Source of the DNA: Myxococcota bacterium
Lineage (GTDB): Bacteria > Myxococcota > Myxococcia > Myxococcales > Myxococcaceae
Length of the DNA stretch: 55,493 nt
Reading direction: 5' to 3'
Assembly: GCA_049322255.1 (NCBI GenBank)
Contig: JBMORE010000178.1
Span: 1 to 55,493, forward strand
The translations under genes were made by a program, and so were the position numbers. Positions 48,523 through 55,493 of this stretch are shown one piece after another (the first letter of the stretch is position 1; each line of letters begins with the position of its first letter). The notes below the pieces were generated by a model. The model was not told the DNA's origin. It saw nothing but the letters and a program-made list of their open reading frames with translations, and did not search any database.

Positions 48523-49431
48523 TTAGGCCTTGGGCGCGCCGGGGTTGGAGGTGTCGAGGAAAGTCGCCGCTGCTTTCGCCTTGGCGTCGGCCGAGGAGAT
48601 CGCCTGCTCCAGCTCGGCCAGGGCGGCCTCCGAGGCCTGGCTCTGTTGCTCCAGGCGTGACTGGAAGGCAGGGTCGGCGAGCGTCTCCACCGTGCCCCGC
48701 ACCGAAGGCGGCGGCGCTTCCTTCTCGAGAATTTCCTGGTGCTCCTCGGTGAGCTCCTGGAACTCGCGCAGCGTGGGCAGAGAGGACAGATCCTTGAGGG
48801 CGAAGAACTCGAGAAACTCTCGGGTGGTGCCGTAAAGAATGGGCCGGCCCACCTCTTCCTTCTTGCCGAGAATCTTCACCAACCGCCGTTCGAGGAGCGC
48901 CTTGAGAACCGCGCCGCAATCCACCCCGCGAATGTCCTCGATCTCCGGGCGGGTGACCGGCTGCCGGTAGGCGACGATGGCGAGTGTCTCCACCGCCGCG
49001 CGGGTGAGCCTTTGCGGCTTGACCCTCAAGAAGCGGCGCACGTACTCGGCCGAGCCGGGGTCGGTGCGCAGCTGCCAGCCGCCCCCTACCTCGGCGAGCA
49101 CCACCCCGCTCACCCCCTCACGCAAAAGCCCGGAGAGCTTTTCCAGCGCCTGGGAGATTTTCGCGCGCTCGATGCCGGTGGCCTCGTGGAGCTGCTCGAC
49201 GCTCAAGGGCTTGTCGGTGACGAACAACAGGCTCTCGACCACCGTGCGTACCCGCTCGGGGGAGAGGCGCTTGCTCTTGGCCAAGAGCTTCTCGAAGGAC
49301 GTCTCGGGCTCCTCCCCCGCCTCGTCGATGTTGGCCGCGTCCACCTCGTCGAGCTCGGGGTCGGCCGCAGGCACCGCGGTGACCTCGGCGACTTCTGCCT
49401 CGGAGAATGGCTTGGGCTCACTGGTACTCAT
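48523..49431 (-). CDS. scpB: SMC-Scp complex subunit ScpB
   Basis: ETLAIVAYRQPVTR.EIE.IRGV and GRPILYGTT..FL..F motifs. Confidence 0.97.
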   Translation of the reverse strand: MSTSEPKPFSEAEVAEVTAVPAADPELDEVDAANIDEAGEEPETSFEKLLAKSKRLSPERVRTVVESLLFVTDKPLSVEQLHEATGIERAKISQALEKLSGLLREGVSGVVLAEVGGGWQLRTDPGSAEYVRRFLRVKPQRLTRAAVETLAIVAYRQPVTRPEIEDIRGVDCGAVLKALLERRLVKILGKKEEVGRPILYGTTREFLEFFALKDLSSLPTLREFQELTEEHQEILEKEAPPPSVRGTVETLADPAFQSRLEQQSQASEAALAELEQAISSADAKAKAAATFLDTSNPGAPKA

Positions 49432-50221
49432 GCTCGTTCACCTCCGTCGTGCCCAGCCCCGCCAGGGCGTCGCCCTTGGCGGAGACGAGGATGTCGTTTT
49501 GCCCTTCTTCCTGAAACACCCGCACCAGCTTGAGCTTGCACATCTCCAGTAGGGCCAGGAAGGTGATGATGACCTGCTGTCGGGTTCGCTGATGCTCGAA
49601 GAGGGCGAAGAACGTGGTGCGTTCGCCGGAGCGTAGAAGGTCGGCGATGCGGTGAATGGCGTCGGAGAGGCTCAACCGCTCACGAACAATCTCGTGCTGC
49701 AAGGTGGGCGAGAGCGCCTTGAGCACGCGATCGAGGGCCTCGATGAGCTTGAAGACCGAGATCTCCGCCAGGCCGATCTCGTCGTCGGGAATGGGCACGC
49801 GCTCGGCGCGAACGGCGCGGGCGAAGACGTCTCTGCCGAAAATGTCTTGGCGAATGAGCTGCTCCGCCGCGTCCTTGTACTTTTGGTATTCGAGCAGCCG
49901 CCGCACCAGCTCGGCGCGCGGGTCGCCCTGCTGCTCGGCCTCGGCGTCTCCTTGCGCCTCTTGGGGAGGCAACAAAAGCCGGCTCTTGATGTGGGCCAGG
50001 GTCGAGGCCATCACCAGGAACTCGCCGGCGATGTCCAGGTTGATCTCGCGCATCAGCTCGAGGTGCGTAAGGTACTTCTCGGTGATGAGCGCGATGGGGA
50101 TGTCGAAGATGTCGACCTTGTGCTCGCGGATCAGGTGGAGCAACAGGTCGAGGGGGCCCTCGAAGCTCGGCAAGGCGACCCGGAAGGCGTGGGCAGGCGC
50201 GGCTTCGGAGGCTTGGGTCAC
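49418..50221 (-). CDS. scpA: Segregation and condensation protein A (kleisin)
   Basis: FEGPLDLLLHLI, IKSRLLLP, DPRAELV.RLLEY and TFLALLE motifs; start uncertain. Confidence 0.96.
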   Translation of the reverse strand: MTQASEAAPAHAFRVALPSFEGPLDLLLHLIREHKVDIFDIPIALITEKYLTHLELMREINLDIAGEFLVMASTLAHIKSRLLLPPQEAQGDAEAEQQGDPRAELVRRLLEYQKYKDAAEQLIRQDIFGRDVFARAVRAERVPIPDDEIGLAEISVFKLIEALDRVLKALSPTLQHEIVRERLSLSDAIHRIADLLRSGERTTFFALFEHQRTRQQVIITFLALLEMCKLKLVRVFQEEGQNDILVSAKGDALAGLGTTEVNEHEYQ

Positions 50222-50297
50222 GCGCCTTCGTACCAGCGCGGTGTCCGTCCGGTCAACGCTTCCTCCCGCAACCGCTCGTGGGCACGTTTGAACCGTG

Positions 50298-50702
50298 ATG
50301 GAGAAGGGATGGAAGGTGCTGGCGCGCGCGGACATGGTCGGCGCCCTGCTCGTGGCGGTAGCGACCATGCTGTGCGCCGGCCCGCTTCTGTGGGGGCCGC
50401 CAGACGGTGATCCTTACTCGTACGTGGTGATTGCTCCGCTGGTGGGAGCAGTGTTCTTCGTGGCGCTGGTGACGATGTTCGCCGAGCGCACCCGGCACGG
50501 AGCCGCGCGGCTCTTGATGGCGGCAGGCTCGCTCGTGTTGGCGGCAGTGGGTTTCGCCTACGCCGGCCAGGTTCACCCCGCCAAACTGGTGTTCTTCTAT
50601 TGGCTGCCGGCGATTCTTTCCATCAGCGCGGCGTTGGTGCTTACCCGCGCTCGCCGTGCAGCGGGAATCGAAGCTCCCCAGCGGACACGGCGCGTGGGTT
50701 GA
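50298..50702 (+). CDS. Small four-TM membrane protein
   Basis: Four hydrophobic segments; divergent from scpA. Confidence 0.65.
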   Translation: MEKGWKVLARADMVGALLVAVATMLCAGPLLWGPPDGDPYSYVVIAPLVGAVFFVALVTMFAERTRHGAARLLMAAGSLVLAAVGFAYAGQVHPAKLVFFYWLPAILSISAALVLTRARRAAGIEAPQRTRRVG

Positions 50703-50805
50703 CGGCCTGTAGAGGAAGAGCGCTCGAGGGCAGTGCCAATGACATGCAGCGCCACGTCCTCGAGCGCTTCGCCGTCACCCCCCCGGTGTCGTTTGTCAGC
50801 CTGTA

Positions 50806-50950
50806 GATTTCCGGGAATTTGCCGTTACCCGATCGCGGCTTTCCCGGTGCGATCCGACGCAACCCGCAACGACGTTCCGCGGACTTACCGAGCGCTTGGG
50901 TAATGACGAATTCCCGGAAGTCGCAGACCCGCAAAGAGACACCCAGGGGG
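50806..50950 (-). repeat. Dispersed 145-bp element, copy 2
   Basis: Reverse complement aligns without gaps to 30552-30696. Confidence 0.9.
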
Positions 50951-51016
50951 TGCCGCGGGCGTCTTCTGTCTCGCCACGGGTGGACTGCCTCCAAATTGGT
51001 GTTCTATTCGTCGCCC

Positions 51017-51760
51017 ATGACGATTCTCGCCATCGTCCTCGCTGTCGCCGTGGTGATGATCTCCTTCGAGTGGCTTTGGCCGGGGCGGGGGTTTCCCCAG
51101 GTGCGCGGGTGGTGGACACGCGCGGCGCTGCTCAACTTCGCCCAGGCGGCGTCGATCTTCCTGCTTGGCCGTTCATTCGATGCTTGGCTGATAGCGCACC
51201 GCCCGTGGAGGACTGACGCCCTCGGGGTCGTCGGCGGCGCGTTGCTCGGCTACGTCGTCCACTCCTTCGTGTACTACTGGTGGCACCGCTGGCGACATGA
51301 GGTGGGGTTCTTGTGGCGCTTCGTTCATCAGGTGCACCACAGCCCGCAGCGCATCGAAATCATCACCAGTTTCTACAAACACCCGGTGGAGATCGTTCTC
51401 AACGCGCTTCTTTCCAGCGGGGTGCTCTACCTGGGAGTCGGGCTCGGACCCCAGGCGGCCACTCTCGCCTTCGTGCTCTCCGGCATGGCCGAGCTGCTCT
51501 ACCACTGGAACGTGCGCACTCCGCGCTGGTTGGGTTACGTGATTCAGCGACCCGAGAGTCACTGCGTGCACCACCAAGAAGGGCTGCACGCCTTCAACTA
51601 CGGGGACTTGCCGGTGTTCGACATTGTCTTCGGCACCTTCCGAAACCCCGAGCACTTCGACGGCACTTGCGGCTTCGGCGCTCACAACGAGGGCCGCCTG
51701 GTCGAAATGCTCGCCGGTATCGACGTGTCGCGAACGCCGCGGAGCGAGCCCGCGACATGA
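51017..51760 (+). CDS. Sterol desaturase/fatty-acid hydroxylase family protein
   Basis: His boxes HRWRH, HQVHH and HCVHH; NYG...D..FGT. Confidence 0.93.
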   Translation: MTILAIVLAVAVVMISFEWLWPGRGFPQVRGWWTRAALLNFAQAASIFLLGRSFDAWLIAHRPWRTDALGVVGGALLGYVVHSFVYYWWHRWRHEVGFLWRFVHQVHHSPQRIEIITSFYKHPVEIVLNALLSSGVLYLGVGLGPQAATLAFVLSGMAELLYHWNVRTPRWLGYVIQRPESHCVHHQEGLHAFNYGDLPVFDIVFGTFRNPEHFDGTCGFGAHNEGRLVEMLAGIDVSRTPRSEPAT

Positions 51761-52230
51761 GCCCGCGCGCACCCCAGGTGGCGGCGGTCGTGCTGACGGC
51801 GGTGGGCTCGCTGCAGATGGCCGCCGACCTCATGGGATGGACGACGCTCAAGGGCCTGGCTGCGGCGACGATGATTGCCCCTGCACCAAAGGTGTTTTCC
51901 GCCCACCAGGGCTACGAGACTTACTCGACCGCGTTCTTCATCGACTACACCGATGCCAGCGGCGCCCAGCATTCGACGCAGGTTACCTCCGAGCGTTACG
52001 CGGGCGTGCGCGGGCCCTATAACCGGCGGAACGTGTACGGGGCGGCGTTGGCCTACGGCCCTGTGTTGCCCGAAGGGCTGCGCACTCCGGTGATGCGCTA
52101 TGCCCTGTGCGGGGGTCGGCCGCTCCTGGCCGAGTTGGGCATCGCTCCCGCCGACGTGCATCGTGAGCTGCGCGTGCGCTTCGTCACCCGCTTCGGCGAG
52201 ACGACCTCGATTTCCGCGGGGTGCCGATGA
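51757..52230 (+). CDS. Hypothetical protein, partner of the HTTM-like protein
   Basis: ATGA overlaps on both sides; N-terminal hydrophobic segment, PAPKVFS, GPYNRRNVYG. Confidence 0.8.
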   Translation: MSPRAPQVAAVVLTAVGSLQMAADLMGWTTLKGLAAATMIAPAPKVFSAHQGYETYSTAFFIDYTDASGAQHSTQVTSERYAGVRGPYNRRNVYGAALAYGPVLPEGLRTPVMRYALCGGRPLLAELGIAPADVHRELRVRFVTRFGETTSISAGCR

Positions 52231-53462
52231 ACAACGGGTGGACGGGTGGCCAGTACAGCGTCTACCGCGTCCTCTTCGGCGCTTACCTTGCCGTGCACTT
52301 CGCCCAGCTCATTCCCTGGGGCACCGAGGTCTTCTCCTCCGCAGGCGTACTACCCGCCGATGCGAGCCCTCTTTTGCGCGCGTTCCCCAACGTGCTCGCG
52401 CTGAACGACTCACCAGCGACGGTGACGGCGCTGCTGGGCCTCGGCGTCGGCCTCAGCGCCCTTCTTGCCTGTGGCTGGAAAGACCGCTGGGCCACGGTGG
52501 TGCTCTGGTACCTGTGGGCGTGTCTCTTCGGCCGAAACCCTCTCATCTCCAACCCGGGGCTGCCGTACGTCGGGCTTTTGCTCGTGGTGCACGCGTTTCT
52601 TCCGCGTGCGCCCTACGGCTCGTGGGAGCGTCACGGGCAGGCCGACCCAGGGGCTGACTGGCGCATGCCCAAGGAACTGTACCTCGCGGTGTGGACGCTG
52701 ATGGCCCTGGGCTACAGCTACAGCGGCTGGACCAAATTGATGAGCGCTTCATGGCTGGACGGCTCCGCGGCTCGCTTCGTCCTCGACGGCCCCCTGGCCA
52801 GGCCAGGGGCGCTGCGCGAGGCGATGCTTTCACTGCCCGACGGGGTGCTCCGGGTACTCAGCTACGCCGCGCTCGGGCTCGAGCTCCTCTTCGCGCCGCT
52901 GGCACTGCTCCGCAGGCTGCGCCCACTTCTGTGGATGAGCCTGTTGGTGATGCACGTCTTCCTCATCGCACTCATCGACTTCGCCGACCTGAGCCTGGGG
53001 ATGGTGATGCTGCACGTCTTCACCTTCGACCCGGCGTGGATTCGCCCCCGTGCGGCGAAGGGCGTCGAGATCGTCTTCTACGACGGCTACTGCGGCCTAT
53101 GTCATCGCACCGTGCGCCTGGTGCTCTCCGAGGACGCGGCGGGCGCCTTCCGCTTCGCCCCACTGCAAGGCGAAGCCTTCGCCCGCACCATCCCCGGGGA
53201 CCGGCGCGCCGGCCTGCCGGACAGTATCGTCGTGCTCACCGACGGCGGCGAGACGCTCGTCAGGAGCGAGGCGGTCTTGCACATCCTCGCGCGGCTCGGC
53301 GGACTGTGGCGGCTCCTGGCGGCCCTCGTTGGCCTCGTTCCGCGCACATTGCGCGACGACATCTACGATGGCATCGCCCGGGTGCGAAAGCACATCTTCG
53401 CCACCCCCGACGCCGCCTGCCCGATTCTGCCCGCTCCGCTGCGGGCGCGCTTCGACCCCTAA
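52227..53462 (+). CDS. HTTM-like multi-TM domain fused to DCC1-like (DUF393) thiol-disulfide oxidoreductase
   Basis: TM domain with RNP and Y.YSG..K....WLDG; C-terminal FYDGYCGLC, FAPLQ, RSEAV and Y..IAR.R motifs. Confidence 0.88.
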   Translation: MNNGWTGGQYSVYRVLFGAYLAVHFAQLIPWGTEVFSSAGVLPADASPLLRAFPNVLALNDSPATVTALLGLGVGLSALLACGWKDRWATVVLWYLWACLFGRNPLISNPGLPYVGLLLVVHAFLPRAPYGSWERHGQADPGADWRMPKELYLAVWTLMALGYSYSGWTKLMSASWLDGSAARFVLDGPLARPGALREAMLSLPDGVLRVLSYAALGLELLFAPLALLRRLRPLLWMSLLVMHVFLIALIDFADLSLGMVMLHVFTFDPAWIRPRAAKGVEIVFYDGYCGLCHRTVRLVLSEDAAGAFRFAPLQGEAFARTIPGDRRAGLPDSIVVLTDGGETLVRSEAVLHILARLGGLWRLLAALVGLVPRTLRDDIYDGIARVRKHIFATPDAACPILPAPLRARFDP

Positions 53463-54469
53463 GCCAACCCGACCGCCTTCCGCACCGAGTCGATGGTTGG
53501 CGCGCCCAACTCGCGGGCACGGCGTGCTCCTTCTCGAAGAATCCGCTCCAGCTCACCCGGGTCACGCAAAAGCTCCTCGCGCCGCGCCCGCGCCGGACCG
53601 AAGGTGGCGTGGAAGTACTCGAGCAGCTTCTTCTTGTACTCGCCGTACCCCAACCCTCCCTGGCGCCAGGACACGTCGACGGCGGCGAATTCACCCTCCG
53701 GCGCCATTGTCTTTAGGAGCTGGTAAAGCGCATTGTTCTCCACCGGCTTGGGCGCCTGCACCGGGGTGGAGTCGGTCTTGATGCTCATGATCCGCTTCTT
53801 CAGCTCTTTCTCGTCGCCGAAGAGGTCGATCGCGTTCCCGTAGCTCTTGGACATCTTCTGCCCGTCGATACCCGGGATGACGGCCGTGCTCTCCTGCACC
53901 CGAAAGCGCGGCAGCTTGAGGATGCCCACCGGGTGTCCCTCCTTCCCTTCCGGGTCGGCCGGGTCGTACCCCTTCACGTAGGTCATGTTGAACTTGGTCG
54001 CCCAGTCGCGGGCAAACTCCACGTGCTGAATCTGGTCCTTCCCCACCGGCACCAGGTCGGTTCCAAAGAGGAGGATGTCGGCTGCCATCAGCACCGGGTA
54101 AGCGAACAGCCCGAAGTCCGCCGGCTGCCCTTTGGCCGTCTTGTCCTTGTACCCGTGCGCGCGCTCCAGGTTCGCCACCGGCACCACGGTGCCCAAAATC
54201 CACATCAGCTCCGGAATCTCGGGGATGTCGCTCTGCCGAAACAGCGTCGCCTTCGTCGGGTCGAGCCCCAGGGCCAAGAAATCGACCGCCGCCTCACGGG
54301 TGAGCTCGCGGGCGAGCGCCGGGTCACGCACGGTGTTGAGCGCGTGGAGGTTGGCGACGAAGTACAGCCCCTCGCCCTCGTGCTGCAGCTCGATGAACTG
54401 CCGAATCGCTCCGTAGTAGTTGCCGATGTGGAGCCGCCCGGAGGACTGAATGCCCGACAAGATGCGCAT
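53459..54469 (-). CDS. trpS: Tryptophan--tRNA ligase
   Basis: SGIQSSG.LHIGNY, YPVLMAADIL, VPVGKDQ and KMSKS motifs. Confidence 0.97.
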   Translation of the reverse strand: MRILSGIQSSGRLHIGNYYGAIRQFIELQHEGEGLYFVANLHALNTVRDPALARELTREAAVDFLALGLDPTKATLFRQSDIPEIPELMWILGTVVPVANLERAHGYKDKTAKGQPADFGLFAYPVLMAADILLFGTDLVPVGKDQIQHVEFARDWATKFNMTYVKGYDPADPEGKEGHPVGILKLPRFRVQESTAVIPGIDGQKMSKSYGNAIDLFGDEKELKKRIMSIKTDSTPVQAPKPVENNALYQLLKTMAPEGEFAAVDVSWRQGGLGYGEYKKKLLEYFHATFGPARARREELLRDPGELERILREGARRARELGAPTIDSVRKAVGLA

Positions 54470-54481
54470 GAGCGAACCTTA

Positions 54482-55369
54482 TCAGCGCCGGGGGTGGTGC
54501 CGGTCGTACACCGAGCGCAGCCGCGCGCGATTGACGTGGGTGTAGATCTGCGTCGTGCCCAAGTCGGCGTGGCCGAGCATCGCCTGCACCGCCCGCAAGT
54601 CGGCCCCACCCTCCAAAAGATGCGTGGCGAAGGAGTGCCGCAGCTTGTGGGGTGAAGGAGGCCTGGGCAGCCCCGCAGCGAGCGCGTAACGGCGAAGGAG
54701 CTTCCAGAAGCCCATGCGGGTCATCGCCTTGCCCCGCTCGGTGATGAAGAGGGCGCGCGCCGCTTTGCCCTTGAGCAGCGCCGCACGAGGCCCAGCCAGG
54801 TAGGCCTCCACCTTCTGGGCGGCGATCGCTCCCACGGGCACCAGGCGCTCCTTCTTCCCCTTGCCGAAGGCGACGAGAAAGCCGGCCTGAAGGTGGACGT
54901 CGTTGACCGACAGCCCCAAAAGCTCGCTCACCCGCACCCCCGTCGCGTAGAGCAGCTCGAGCATCGCCCGGTCGCGAATCCCTCGCAGGGTGCGCTCGTC
55001 GGGAGCGGCAAGCAGCGCCTCGATTTCCTCGAGCGTGAGGTAGACGGGCAGCTTCTTGGCAAACCGCGGGGTGTCGATGTCCTCGGTGGGGTCACGGCGG
55101 GCCAACCCTTCCGCGAAAAGAAACCGGTGAAAGCCCCGCACTGCCGCCAGATGCCGCGCCTGGCTGCGAGACGACAAGCCTCGCCGGTGCAGAAAGGCCA
55201 AGTGCTCGATCACCGTCTCGCGGGTGACCTCGCCCATCTCGGTGATGGCCTGACGGGCGAGATCTTCGAAATAGTCGCGCACGTCGCAGGCATATGCATC
55301 GACCGTGCGGCCCGACAGCCCGCGCTCCACCCGCAAATAAGCGATGAACAGATCGAGGAGCGGCTCCAT
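54482..55369 (-). CDS. xerD: Site-specific tyrosine recombinase XerD
   Basis: RDRAMLELLYATG.RVSEL, GKG.KER.VP, SPHKLRHSFATHLL, LGHADL.TTQIYTHV, HHPR. Confidence 0.95.
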   Translation of the reverse strand: MEPLLDLFIAYLRVERGLSGRTVDAYACDVRDYFEDLARQAITEMGEVTRETVIEHLAFLHRRGLSSRSQARHLAAVRGFHRFLFAEGLARRDPTEDIDTPRFAKKLPVYLTLEEIEALLAAPDERTLRGIRDRAMLELLYATGVRVSELLGLSVNDVHLQAGFLVAFGKGKKERLVPVGAIAAQKVEAYLAGPRAALLKGKAARALFITERGKAMTRMGFWKLLRRYALAAGLPRPPSPHKLRHSFATHLLEGGADLRAVQAMLGHADLGTTQIYTHVNRARLRSVYDRHHPRR

Positions 55370-55419
55370 CGGCCTTCACGGTAGCCAAGCTTTTCGGGCC
55401 CGCAAGAATTCCCGCGTCC

Positions 55420-55493
55420 CTAGTCCAGCCCCACGATGATGCCCTTGCCCTGGCGAATGATCTCGATCTCATCGCCAATCAACGACACCACCG
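55420..55493 (-). CDS. C-terminal fragment, probably Sua5/YciO/YrdC family
   Basis: VVSLIGDEIEIIRQGKG...* resembles the YciO C-terminal STVVD...IIRxGxG pattern; truncated by the window edge. Confidence 0.55.
   Translation of the reverse strand, partial: VVSLIGDEIEIIRQGKGIIVGLD

Noticed and set aside
50218..50256. 12-codon upstream ORF (TTG...TGA) with GGAGG overlapping the scpA start
   Set aside because: The same bases are explained at least as well as a -35/-10 promoter; no independent support for translation.
50807..50835. Canonical dif site near xerD
   Set aside because: The spacer is 7 bp and there is no TTATGTTAAA-type XerD arm; only the general architecture is similar. xerD sits in an ordinary housekeeping context, not as a mobile-element integrase.

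Overview
GC-rich chromosomal window from a myxobacterium (Myxococcota, Cystobacterineae-like). This placement is inferred from gene content: pfkA-Ser/Thr kinase-FHA/sigma54 activator cluster, AgmX/PglI-domain gene, MYXO-CTERM-like tail and many lipoproteins. Most of it is core-like housekeeping or signalling sequence: pfkA, kinase, sigma54 EBP, mutL, acyltransferase, PHP hydrolase, MscS-cNMP channel, hbd-crt-acyl-CoA dehydrogenases, apbC, sppA, rtcA, rluB-scpB-scpA, trpS and xerD. The most unusual signals are non-coding and lie next to accessory genes. (1) Two dispersed, gap-free 145-bp elements (30552-30696 and 50806-50950, opposite strands, 105/145 identical), each with two inverted AYTTCCGGGAA-N7-TTACCC sites that resemble tyrosine-recombinase core sites around a conserved central motif. 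(2) A 32-bp-period array of quasi-palindromic 15-mers with unique spacers (20669-20876) upstream of an orphan secreted protein. (3) An IS3-like end that appears to truncate an FG-GAP surface protein. (4) A REP-like palindrome domesticated in frame inside a cNMP-binding gene. Other points: a mini-PilC, a desaturase/HTTM-DCC1 cassette between trpS and scpA, several degenerate catalytic motifs and many apparently leaderless genes. No rRNA, tRNA or CRISPR array was recognised. All calls come from reading the sequence; no database searches were run.
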